A stretch of 57,378 nucleotides of DNA, counting the filler, from Basidiobolus ranarum (taxonomy: Eukaryota): the NCBI GenBank assembly GCA_040143965.1. It is 2 parts of 2 records of this genome, joined end to end, with 100 filler letters (N's around TTAATTAATTAA, not from the genome) between each part and the next. Parts side by side here need not be neighbours in the genome. Positions count along the whole stretch, not along the records: positions 28,769 to 57,378 come from JASJQH010006988.1; 1 more part is not named here. One strand, written 5' to 3'. The notes beneath the pieces were generated by a model. It searched no databases. It saw only the letters and a list, made by a program, of their open reading frames with translations, and had not been told where the DNA came from. Of the stretch, positions 35,145-47,135 are shown one piece after another. A program made the position numbers and the translations under genes. Each line of letters begins with the position of its first letter. The stretch's first letter is position 1.

Positions 35145-36479
35145 ATGTCTAATACTGCGGGCACAGGTGTATCATTCTTTGGAACAATTCGTGCTTTAAA
35201 GCGAAAGTCGAATGAGTGCGAAGCACTAAAAATACTTCAACAAATGGCGTCACAGGTGAGTTATTGAATCAAACCTTTTGATAGGGTTTCATAATTGTAA
35301 CCTTTTCAAAAGGTTACTATATACATTATCACCCAAGAAATCACTGAAAAAAAACAAAGTAGTTAAAGAAGAATTTCTCTCTGACTGGAACATAGGTTAA
35401 ACCCATTATGAAAAAGAGAGGTTGGAAAGTGGGTATCTTGCGCGAATTTTTTCCAAAAAACCCCAATTTACTTGGTACTATTTATATTGGAGTTTTGTTA
35501 TTTACTTTTCAAATATACTTACCATATAAAACTATTTTCTTCATTAGGTTTGAATAAAAATTACGGGCAGGAAATTTGTATTCGCTTGAGACCCTCAAGC
35601 AATGACTCTCAATTTTTACCTTACGAATCACTTCTCGGAACTTTATTACATGAACTAACTCATATAATACGAGGTCCCCACGATCAACAGTTTTATAAGA
35701 TATTGGATGAACTAACTACAGAGTGCGAAAATCTCATGGTTAAAGGATTCACTGGTGAAGGCTTTTATGGAATTGGACATCGTGTAGGTCAGGGAATCTC
35801 TCATAATCTACCACCTCATATTTCCCGAGGCGTTGCTGTGGAAGCCGCAGAGAAAAGACAACAAATTAATAAGATCTTGGGTCCTGCTGGTGGTCGCAAG
35901 TTGGGTGGTAAATCTGTATCTAAGAACTTAGAGAAGCTTTATTCACCCCGTATGCTTGCCGCCATGGCTGCTGAGCGACGTGCTCAAGATAACATTTGGT
36001 GTGCTGGTAATGTTGAAAGTGTGGAGATATATGAGGAGCCAAAACCACAGTCAAATACCAACACCATAGACGACAGTAAACCTTTAGAGATGAACAAACC
36101 AAAAGCAGCTATTATAAAAATCCCCAGCTCTTCTGGTGTCACTAAATCAACCCAATCTGATACATTACCGAAACGTGATCCACAAGTTTACTCTAAAAGT
36201 TCTCACCACGATAGTGAACAACAGATTATCCTAGGGAAACGATCGCGCGAAACAAGTGATGAATGGGTATCATGGACGTGCCCAACATGCACTCTGGTAA
36301 ATTTACCTTTGGTTTTAGCTTGTGGATGCTGTCTTACAGAACGACCATCAGATCAAGACTTGACCTCTGTTACTAAACTATCAAAAGTCACTCGGGAATG
36401 GAGTTGTCCGCAATGTACATTGCTTAATGCTCCTGATACTCCTAAGTGTCAGATCTGCGAATTTGTTGTTCCAGTATAA
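35145..36479 (+). CDS. WSS1: WLM-domain metalloprotease Wss1 with two RanBP2-type zinc fingers, 3 exons
   Basis: VKPIMKKRGWKVG.LREFFP, GLNKNYG, TLLHELTH..RGPH, WTCPTCTLVN and WSCPQCTLLN motifs. Confidence 0.92.
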
Positions 36480-37637
36480 TCTGAGTTTTGTGGAATATCG
36501 TTAGAGATTTATGTTATTATGTACATTATTTAATACGAGAAGTAAACGTGGACATGCTAGAATATCCAAGGAAATGACCACATAAATTGCCACTCTAATC
36601 ATCAAACAGATTATTATCATATGCTTAGGGTATAATCTAAGAACGTACTTGGTATAAATATTGCTGATATATATTCTTACATATCACGACGTACTAACTT
36701 TGAAAGTACAAACGGGCACTGGACATAAAGACGTTAATCACTGGTAACTTCCGTGGAGGAATACGCAAAAGCGCAATGCTCTGTTATAGACAGCACATAA
36801 GAACTACTAGCACTAATGATTCGACATACTTCATGCGTTCATAATACATTCGCCAAGGTTGCAGTTCGTCGTAGTCACGTATGAATGAAGTAATGTATCA
36901 CCATATGTTATTGAATACAAGATATATGCTTGTCGCAGTACCATTATAACAAATGCATATCTTTTGAAGCCGATCTGCGTTTCATATTTGATAGTTTCCG
37001 AAGCAGGAGAATTCACCATGCAAATGAACATCCTTTTATCGAACGTCGAGTAGTACATTATAAGATCTCATCTCAGCCAATGAAACGTTAAATTTGCATC
37101 CATTATATTTAGATAGCAACTCCTGCGATGATCGTAATTGTTCAGACAACATCTGGCTGTAAAACGTCAAACGGTGATTCATCCTAGAATAACAACGGAA
37201 ACAAAACAATTAAGGTTGAGGAGATTTTGGCTTTTCATCGGCAACATCTGAATCACCTCATCATTACTTTGTGAGCATTAACTACACAGCGTTATAATCA
37301 TGTGGTGATCTAATGTATAGTCATCAGGGTCAGGTTTTGTGAAATTTGCTTTGTTGATGGTCACAACTCCTCTATTGATGACAATTATATGCTTGGAAAT
37401 ACAAAGACAGGAGAAACAATAATTCATGCGCGTCATTATTGATGTCCAGAATCATCGGCTATCGAAGATGCATATCAAGTCAGGATCTCTACTTGGCTTA
37501 TATGAAAGCCTTGATTGCTGCGTTTTTAACTTTCACACCAATATCAGCTCTACTTCTCACCAAGCACAGCTTGATCTAGACCTTACTACTCTCCTTCCAA
37601 CTCCAATACCACTCATTGAATCTTTAGTCGCTCTATT

Positions 37638-38552
37638 ATGAGTAAATTCACCAAGTGTATCAACTCAGAGATCGCGCGAACTTTTTACGCACTGGTTTTC
37701 TTGTTCATTGTTGTATACTTTATGGTCATAATGCAGCAGGTTTCTGACAATCGCTTTCTTGGTTCAGGAGAGGATAAACCGTTGCGAGATGTGGGTTTTG
37801 AATGGTTCAACTTCATCTCTTCTTACAGCGTTCCCGATATCATGGTATTTTCATCTCTTGGAATCATGTTGGTTGGAGTCACGATTCTGTCTAATAGCTG
37901 GCGAAAACGATTGATCTTTTGGCGCCGGTTCATTTGGATTACCGGGTTTTTATACTTTTATAGAGGATTTACGATCGTCTCCACCACCCTCCCACCACCA
38001 AAGGAATGTGTACCAATATATACATCCAACTTTCGGGATCTGCTCCAACGTGGATCTCTTATGATTGTAGGAGCTGACCGTTCGTGTACTGATAACATTT
38101 ATTCGGGACATACTATGATACTTACCTCGAGTTTAATCAACTGGTTTATTTATGGCCGCTTTCGAATTCTAAAGTTGTACGCCATTTTACATGCAATCGC
38201 TGGCTATTACACTATTATTGCGTCCCATCTTCATTTCACCGTGGACGTTTTGCTGGCGATTTTCATTACATATGCAATCTATATCATATACTATTCCCTT
38301 GTTCGATCCGCAATGCTAAAACGCTATCATGTAGAACTTGGTCATCCAGAGCTTGATGAGCGTTTGAATGCTGACGTACAATATCAAAAGATTGCTCACA
38401 CCCCACACATTCTGAATCGCCATCTGATCCCCGTAATAACTTGGATGGATGGGCTGGACCTTCGCTGGAAAAGCATCGACCTTACAGCAACCTTGCCCAT
38501 GACCCAGCCCAATCGCGAGATGTCATATGCCTCTGGTCCTATGGTAATCTAA
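37638..38552 (+). CDS. Sphingomyelin-synthase-like PAP2_C membrane protein
   Basis: PLRDVGF, YRGFTIVSTTLP, CTDNIYSGHT and HLHFTVDV motifs, with several transmembrane segments. Confidence 0.85.
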   Translation: MSKFTKCINSEIARTFYALVFLFIVVYFMVIMQQVSDNRFLGSGEDKPLRDVGFEWFNFISSYSVPDIMVFSSLGIMLVGVTILSNSWRKRLIFWRRFIWITGFLYFYRGFTIVSTTLPPPKECVPIYTSNFRDLLQRGSLMIVGADRSCTDNIYSGHTMILTSSLINWFIYGRFRILKLYAILHAIAGYYTIIASHLHFTVDVLLAIFITYAIYIIYYSLVRSAMLKRYHVELGHPELDERLNADVQYQKIAHTPHILNRHLIPVITWMDGLDLRWKSIDLTATLPMTQPNREMSYASGPMVI

Positions 38553-39656
38553 GTCAGTGACCCTCTTTGGAGTATTCAAAATTTCTCCCATTCGTCAATA
38601 CATGGCTATCTCAATGCCGATCAAGCGTAAATACTCTATCCTAGCATCCATCGATATTCAACCATATGCTTCACATAATGGCATGAGGGCCTCTTCAATC
38701 CTGTTGGTTGGTTATACCTGTGTACATAAATAAAATAGACATTCTGAACATTGGCAAGAATTCTTCAGATATTTTTGTAGTACCCCTGGTTGACGCAAAT
38801 CAAGCAGATTACTGCCTAACGTGCGAATTGGTAGCCATAGTTAAAAGACTATCTTGCCATTGGTCAGTATTCGTTACGAAGGATATACCTCGCTCATTAT
38901 TCATATGGAGGATGAAGGATTGTCACAACGAAGTCATACTCTTATGTCTCCAGCGTACCAAGCAATTAAAAAGAATTCTACACGGAGCATGTTTGAGCCA
39001 AATGTTGCATGTAAGATTTCTTACTAAGGGCTAGCCAACATTTGCCGTTCACAGCATCGATTCTCTCATTCACTAAGTTGCCTGCTTGGAAGTCTTGCAA
39101 GTATTCTAGTATCACATGAAAATAGTGCTTATCAGTCTTGTAACTTACTTCACGAGCTCATCCGAGCGCAACTTACATGCAGTTAAATGTAGTGATGGTG
39201 CAGATTAGCTTGCCATATAGTAGACTTGGAAGTTTTAGAACAGTGAATGTATGATCTGATTGACACAAGATTATTCACATATGCAACTAGGAGATCTTCC
39301 CCACGTGGATGGTACACGTGAATGCATGCCTAAATTTATTACCAATATAAGCTTCATACATCATTCTCCGAGAATATTGGGTTGTTAGCATGTGCCAAAT
39401 GAAGGACCTGAAAACTGATATCACATCATTAAATTAAACCACATTACTTAGGCATTTGCAGTAGGTTACGACTCAGTCTTGATGGGCTATTAGTCACATA
39501 AAGACATTGAAGTCACTACAGGAAACCCGAAACTTCATATATTATTGGCTTCAGCTGAAGATCTAATGTCGCCCTCAGGTGTAAATAAGTAGATGCTCAT
39601 ACTCCTCGGGGTCGATATACCATTGAAGGGGATAAGGGGTTGAGGGTTAGTTTTAG

Positions 39657-41381
39657 ATGCGCATCATTGTCGTGTTTAAACAGTTGTTTGTTAATGCAGG
39701 TTTCCCAGGGATTTTGGCAAGTGTCCTCGTCATACCTCGAATGGTCTTCGATTCATGTTCTGGATTCATTTTTAAATGCAAATCAGCTACCATATTAATC
39801 AGTGATTGGGTTCTAAAGGATTTTGTTGAACTCACTTTCAACGATACAAAACGATCTTTCGCAAGCTTTATTGTGACCTCAATGGGTGTATATCCTTCTC
39901 GAGAACTCAACCTCTCCGATAGACAACTTCAGGTGATACCTTCGGATATTCACAAACACTCGAATGTTCAAAAATTATATATGAGAAGAAACAATATTAG
40001 ACATGTATCTCCGGAAATCACTCGTTTGGAGAAGCTTACCGAATTATCTTTACGTGAAAATAGACTCAAGATGTTCCCTGTCTATATTTTGAACTTGAGA
40101 AGCTTGACCAAACTTTCGTTCTCGTTCAACGAATTAACAGAAATCCCCTCCGAGCTTGGTTCACTTCGTCACTTGGTACTCTTGACGTTGGCGGGAAATG
40201 CGTTGACTTCACTTCCAGAGGAACTTGGTAATCTTGAGAAACTTGTTTCTTTAGATATTCAAAGAAATCATTTTACGGAGCTTCCAAGTTGTATCGCTAA
40301 AATGAGGAATTTAACTATCCTTTCTGCACAGAAAAATCAAATCAGTCATATTACATGTGATACTTTTGCTAAGCTAAAGAAACTGATTTCCCTCAATCTG
40401 AGTTATAACCTATTGAATACTCTTCCAGAAACTTTGAGTAAACTACGCGAGTTAGAGCACCTGATCATCTCCTCAAACCTCTTTACCTCTATTCCTTGGC
40501 CTATCTTCAAATTGTTGAGGTTAATCAACCTCGACTTGCATACAAATCAAATCGAATTCATTCCACCTGATATTGGCTCGCTGACTTTACTGAAACGTCT
40601 TAACCTCGCCATAAATCGACTGACCATACTTCCAAAAGAAATAGGCAAGCTTGAGGTACTCGAATGGCTCAATCTCAATGATAATCGACTAGTGGAGTTA
40701 CCAGAAAGCATGGGGAATCTAAAGTATTTGACCAAAATGGGAGTAGTTCAAAACAGGTTAACTTCGTTACCACATACGTTCGGACAACTGAGGAATTTGT
40801 ACAAACTTGACCTTCGAAGAAATGAGATTAACCTATTTCCATTCACGGTGGTTCAAATGAGTAAATTAGCAAACCTCTTGGTAGCTGATAACCCATTATG
40901 TGATAAATATGGAGTTTATTCACCCAATGGAAGAATTCCAAAATTGAGCGAGTTTGCAGCTAGAATGTTACTTAACGACTCCAGGAACAAGCACCTCTTG
41001 CAAAAACATATCCAGTTTTTACCAAATTGTCTGCAAGAACTTGTAACACGGACGTCCAAATGCGATCACTGTAGGATTAATTTATGTAGGTTTTGGTTGG
41101 ACTATGTTGAACTAGCGTCAGTTTGTGAGGAACGGGTGTGGATACCCATTCGATATCGGATGTGCTCTCAAAAATGTATTGATCAACGGAAGTCTTGTGG
41201 AGCGATTTCAAAGTACAATATGTACCGAACAGATGCTGATGGTAAGTCACGAGTTGCAACAAAGAAGTACATTTCCTTTATTAAACTCTCTTCTTTGCTT
41301 TCAGGAATCCCAGGTGAGTCGACTCTTCCATTGCAGCGTCTAATAGTGATGGAAATGCGCAAGGCACTAGAACGATTCTGA
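39657..41381 (+). CDS. Leucine-rich repeat protein with C-terminal BC-box-like and Cys motif (LRRC58/LRRC28-like); true start may be ATG 39882
   Basis: About 14 LxxLxLxxNxL repeats, then IPKLSEFAAR..LP..L..CDHC...CSQKC. Confidence 0.8.
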   Translation: MRIIVVFKQLFVNAGFPGILASVLVIPRMVFDSCSGFIFKCKSATILISDWVLKDFVELTFNDTKRSFASFIVTSMGVYPSRELNLSDRQLQVIPSDIHKHSNVQKLYMRRNNIRHVSPEITRLEKLTELSLRENRLKMFPVYILNLRSLTKLSFSFNELTEIPSELGSLRHLVLLTLAGNALTSLPEELGNLEKLVSLDIQRNHFTELPSCIAKMRNLTILSAQKNQISHITCDTFAKLKKLISLNLSYNLLNTLPETLSKLRELEHLIISSNLFTSIPWPIFKLLRLINLDLHTNQIEFIPPDIGSLTLLKRLNLAINRLTILPKEIGKLEVLEWLNLNDNRLVELPESMGNLKYLTKMGVVQNRLTSLPHTFGQLRNLYKLDLRRNEINLFPFTVVQMSKLANLLVADNPLCDKYGVYSPNGRIPKLSEFAARMLLNDSRNKHLLQKHIQFLPNCLQELVTRTSKCDHCRINLCRFWLDYVELASVCEERVWIPIRYRMCSQKCIDQRKSCGAISKYNMYRTDADGKSRVATKKYISFIKLSSLLSGIPGESTLPLQRLIVMEMRKALERF

Positions 41382-41666
41382 GAGTTGCCAATATTCTGAC
41401 ATGCTACAATAATCTGTGGTGTACTTCGATGCTGTAAATGTCGTATTCCTTCATAGTGACTTACCCTTGCACTGTAGTGAACCCACTAATCCATTCATGG
41501 GACAACATGATTGGCTGCGCACTCACAGAATCCTATTATATTTCATATTCTACACTTTAGAAGATAGAATTTTCAATTTAGTAAAATAGTATTAGACCTA
41601 TTGAAAAATGTTCAACATTTTATTCGTTCTTCAATGAAAATATCAACGACATGTTAGCTTAAACTT

Positions 41667-41978
41667 TCAAATATTATCGTCAGCTATAGACTGACATCTG
41701 TAGGTTGGGCCAATACAAAGAGTCAAATCACACCTAGGAGCATAGACGCAGTCCATGCCAGTTTGGCAACCTGTTACCCGACAATCTGTTGATTGTATGC
41801 GCATACACACCTGGCATTTGCATACTCCTGGTGCTCTGACCTCTTGTCCCTGTGGACAACTCTCAGGAACGTTGGGACACTTTGGTTGTGGGAAGCATAC
41901 TATCCCTTCGACCGGCTCCACCGTCAGCCCAACAAAAAGACTAATTAGACCACACAATAAAGCCAAGGTAGATCTCAT
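41667..41978 (-). CDS. Small secreted cysteine-rich protein
   Basis: Signal peptide and 12 Cys in the mature part of about 78 aa. Confidence 0.75.
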   Translation of the reverse strand: MRSTLALLCGLISLFVGLTVEPVEGIVCFPQPKCPNVPESCPQGQEVRAPGVCKCQVCMRIQSTDCRVTGCQTGMDCVYAPRCDLTLCIGPTYRCQSIADDNI

Positions 41979-42771
41979 GTTTTGAAGAGGATAATTAGAA
42001 CAGCAATAGAGAACCTCACGTACTGCAGATGATGTTTATAAGGACCAGAGACCTCGTTTCATAAGATAAGCTCTTAGGTAGCCATTACTTTCGGTTGCCG
42101 CGGAGATAAGTGGAGTGAATCGAACGTACTTGGGCAAAATCAAGCCAATGCACATCATTATTTAGACATTGATGTAACTTTCTTCAGCTGCTTCAAACTA
42201 CGTTTCACATCAGCAAAGGATAATATATGAGAGAATCCAAGCCACAAATGGTTCGAAATACACCATTGGGGCATTTATCAATGATCGCTCAACCTATAAT
42301 AATCAGTGGTTGTCTTGTCTCACACAAGTCTGGGTCAATATTCATCAACACTTCAACAACCCTCGCAAATTATTTATCGCTTTGAGCCGCAAAAATATAC
42401 TTCGACCATCTTACGGCTGATGAGAGAAATCCTGAGATTGATAAGTATCGAATTTTATTCAGGTTAGAAATCCTTGATATAACAGGGTTTATTCGAACTT
42501 CATCGAATTAGATTTAAATGTTGGGTTAAACGATTGATTGTTAGCTATGGATCAGCTAATCAAATAGTCAAACAAATAGGGAAACGGCCTAGATTCGTAA
42601 AACACTCGGGAAAACAATGACCTTACAAAAACGGATATATTACATCACTACAGCAAGCTGATGGTGTTACATATTTGTACATTGTTTGAAGCCTTGGTAA
42701 CTGTTAACACAGCCTGTAGCAATAAATAATCCTTTCAGCGGAAGTGATTCTTGAGTTCGATATTTTCAAGC

Positions 42772-43432
42772 TCATAAATTATAACAGCTCTCTTTTACCT
42801 CCTCAACTAAATCTTTACTATCGAAGAAAATGAGTGGGCTGTAAACAAGTCGACGCACCCAGTTGCAAGTTAAGGGAAGTGCTAAACAATGCATATGTAA
42901 ATGATTCACACGAGAAAAGGAATTCGGCAAGAATCCCATCCTAAATGTAGACTAAAGTTAAAGTCTAAATGAATAGTAAGGACACAGATGTTTAAAACAT
43001 TACCTTTTAGGCATATTCGGCTCGCATACTTGGTCAAGCAACTTAATGCCAACAGTTCGCATATGCTCCACTATAAATATTGAAATGTAAGAATTAAGCA
43101 ACTCAATTGTCTATAAACAAATTAAAATACAAAGGAATGATAACATACAAAGGCTTATATCTTTCTCTGAAAGACTATTGTAATCAGAGATATGGATTTT
43201 GCTAAGCACAATAAAATGGTTTTCCGAGTCAGGGTAAGGATCTCGAAATGCACATACTCTGGAATCCTACGAAATTCATGGAATGCATGTTGGGCTACTG
43301 CTCGTGTATAGCAATTCCTTGCCAAGAACAAAGTAAAGGACTTACATCGTAAACGAACACAGTGTCCTTTTCGTTACCTGAAGCTATATTGCAGTAAGGG
43401 CAACCAAGATAGAGCTTTCGCACAGTAGCCAT
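42772..43432 (-). CDS. HIT-family nucleotide hydrolase (HINT3-like), 4 exons; largely missed by the ORF track
   Basis: Spliced reading: CPYCNIASG..VYD|DSRVCAFRDPYPDSENHFIVLSKIHI..|LEHMRTVG..|MGFLPNSFSRVNHLHMHCLA, which contains the HxHxH triad. Confidence 0.85.
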
Positions 43433-44995
43433 AGTAATAACAAAGGTTTTCAAAATGTCGCCCTTTTTGAAGTCCACTCAACCAAGACAATGTACGGTTT
43501 ACAAGGTTGAGAGGGTTTAAGTACAGAATACAAGCTAACACTTTTAATTAGTTCGATAAATACAATGGTCTCAATGAATTCAAGATAACTCGTGCTTTTG
43601 TATTCCATGATTGAGCTGAATTGTATATTTACTTTAGAGAGCAATGAAGTCAACTTGACTATTCTACGAATTTACCTTGCACAACAGAATTTTCTTATAA
43701 TAAACTGGATTCCTTTTGAATAATAAGAAGTTGTGGAACAATGGTCCTAAGAATAGATTTACTGGGATTCTAGGATCGGCTCTACTGAGTCCTAGTCCTA
43801 GATTCAGACCTCGTTGTCCCAGTAAACGTGATTATCCAACATAATCCTAATTGCAGTAAGTATTGATAATTAGGCATGTTACGGTAATAACGATCATGTC
43901 TTCACCTGAAATTACTTGTTCTAAATAGAACGATGTTGATATATTAATGGTTAAGCAAGAACCTCCTTTATCTCTGACTCAAAAAGAAAAAGTACTAATT
44001 GAAGTCGTGATCAAATTCAAATCACCACCACAAATTAGCCTAAATGTAGTATTTGGTAAATCTCTATCGATAGTAGCACAAATCACTTGAGATCAGGTTG
44101 CCAAGCCTTAATCCAAGAACAGTAATCAAACAAATAGCACCGTTGACTGGAGATCAATGCTAATATAGTACAACAGACGAATGGTAGAATGGCCTGGGAA
44201 TCTTGCCCGGTGATTTTAGACGGACTTCGGAGTACAAATCTCCTGGAGGTATATACGGTCTTCAACAGATGCCTGTGAAATCAATAGCTAATATTCTGCT
44301 CTACACTTACGCTTGAGAATTCACTATTTGTCCTCGGAACAATATTACGTGTATTCACTGGCTCATGGGGTGCTTTCACATAGCATACCTTTGCTTCATT
44401 TCGGATAAATATGAGCCTTAGTTTCCATTGTGCTGATTAAAAGCACTAAAGCTGAAGGATTCGAACTTTCGCTCATTAGTCAAGTCGTTCAATATTTATA
44501 AATCAGGTCGTACAACTTGGCATCGTTTCTTTTCGGCAATATTTAGTACCTACTTAGGGTGAAAAGAAATCTTGGGCGAATTTTCCTGACCCTAACCCTT
44601 TTCAGATGATGGCATTGTAGAGTGGATAGTAAATCTTCACCAAACTCCATTTTGCCTCAATCCTAGTATCCATCATCGCTTGTTAATTAGTATCAAAATG
44701 GCAATCATGTATGATTGGATGAAAAATACGGCAATCCTCCCGTAATTTGCTTGTTTTGTCTGGTCAACCCCAAAATGCTTTTATTCATTATCTGATAGGT
44801 TTGATTGGATATTAGCAAGCTGATTTGCAGTTGCTAGTCATTTTTCACTCGACACTTTATCATACACTGTGAGGCAGGTTAAGCTATATATATAGCATTG
44901 CACGGTTTATGCAGGACAACAAAATTGGTCACAATAAGGGTCTACTAAATTTCAATCACAATCCTTTAACTATCGCCAAACCTATTAACCACATC

Positions 44996-46696
44996 ATGTC
45001 TGAATACTACAATCAGCAGCCTAATAACAATTACGGTGGTGCATACGGTCATAATCCTTATCCGCCTCCAGAACAACAATACACTCCTTCCGCTCAACCA
45101 CAATATTATTATCCTCCGCCACAACAAGTGCGTACTAACAGTTACTCTCAAACTGGCCAGTATCAACATCCATCGCCGCCGCCGCCTCCACGTCCGCCCA
45201 CTCATGATTCTTCTAACTATCACCAAGATGATTCTGGTCATAAACCTTCAACAGGCGAGAAATTTTCTCCACAGTCTGGATTCCAAGATGTTTGGGCAGC
45301 CATTTTATATTGGCTACATCTCGCAGCCTTTCTTGGGATAAGTGCAGTTTCGCTCCGTTCAATAACGCAGACAACACAAAATATCAATGGTTCATATAAC
45401 CAAGAAATGTTTACCTGGGATAACTCTATGTTACTTTTGGGTGTGTGTGCTATTGGCTTCGTGCTCTCCCTCATTTACATTATCTTGATGCAAAAGTAAG
45501 CCTTCAACATCTTCTTTCCAATTGATATATATACTAATTTGTCGATTTATAGAGTTCCTGGTGCCTTGATCAAAATATCTTTTTTTGTATCAGTTCTTAT
45601 CTACTTTGCCACTGCAGCTTACTATGCTACTGTACGTCAATACTTCCTTACTGCTGTGTTTGCTATCTTCGGAGTTCTCTATTTGTTAGCTTGGTTTTGG
45701 TGGAAATCACGTATTCCGTTTGCTACCATAATTATGAAAACTGTTGCCAATGTCACCCAAAAATACTATGGAGCAATCTTGGTAGCTATTTTAGGATTAT
45801 TAGTTCAGTTCGTATTCAGTGTTTGGTGGAGTCTCACCACTGCTGGTGCTTATAACTACTTTGGTGGTAATGACATGTGCAAAACCAGCATAGACAAAAG
45901 TGGCAGACAAATCCAGCAGTGCTCACCTCCTGCTAAACTCATCGTCGTTCTCGTTTACTGTTGCTTCAGTATGTATTGGACTACTCAGCTTTTAAAGAAT
46001 CTTGTACACGTAACAGTATCCGGTGTATTCGCCTCTTACTACTTCTTTTACGGTACCCCTCAAGCTGAGTCTTCACCTACTCCAGGCTCTTTGAAACGCG
46101 CATGCACAACATCTTTTGGTAGTGTGGCTTTTGGTTCATTACTGATTGCACTCTTCCAAACAGTTCGGGCGATTGTACGCGAGCTTACGAGCAACTCGGA
46201 TAGTTTATGCGGTAGTGTCCTTGCATGCTGTATTCAATGCTTACTTTCTTGGATAGAAGGAATGATCGCATACTTCAACCACTACGCTTTCACACAGATT
46301 GCCATCTATGGCAAGCCCTATTGCCAAGCTTCGAAGGACACATGGACCCTTATCCAGGATCGAGGCATTGATGCAATGATCAATGATAATTTGATCGGAA
46401 ATGTACTAACCATGGGAGGATTACTGGTGGCGACAATCACTTCTATCATAACTTACGCCTTCATCCAAGTCTATAAGCCTGAAGTTAATGGAAACGCAAA
46501 TTTCACTACAGTATTTGTGTTCTTTGGCTTTGTTGTGGGATACTCATTATTCTCCCTAACAGGAGAGATTATACAAAGCGGTACAGCCACCACCTTTGTA
46601 TGTTTGGCTGAAGATCCTGTAGCTCTTCAGAGATCCCAACCTGAACTCTTCGAACAAGTTCGTATTACCTATCCTCAGGTTGTACAAAGCGTATAA
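44996..46696 (+). CDS. PNS1: Pns1 / choline-transporter-like membrane protein, 2 exons
   Basis: Pro/Gln/Tyr-rich N-terminus, FQDVWAAIL, SRIPFA, TTSFGSVAFGSL, FNHYAFTQIAIYGKPY and TTFVCLAEDP motifs. Confidence 0.9.
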
Positions 46697-47135
46697 GATG
46701 AGCAACGAGAGTCTTGCAGTCTTTCGAGTTTTGAACATAAACCCCATATTAATCTCCATCAAATTTTAACCCTTCAAAATAATGTTTCTCACATGTAAAT
46801 TTGTCAAGATAATCAATAAATTTCAACTTATCTTTGAACTAATTGCATCGGAGCACGGCGGGTAATTTCAGACTATATACGATTGGAATGATCACACTTA
46901 TGTCGGGGATCACATTGACTCCATACCGAAATATCACCAATGTATTTCATTGGCAGTCAAAATATATGCCCGAAATCTGAAGATCTTTTGATATTTGAGT
47001 CAATCGCATTTTAATATTACGAAAGCCCATGATGATTAAACTCCATGTTTGTTGGCTTAGGTCTGAAAAAAACCCAACTTAATATCCAGGCTTCTTGAGT
47101 CAGTGAACTTACTCCCAACAAAGTTTAGTCTAAAG

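Noticed and set aside
39302-39320. Two CACGTG E-boxes upstream of the LRR gene
   Set aside because: Short common motif. A bHLH or sulfur-regulon link cannot be supported from sequence alone.
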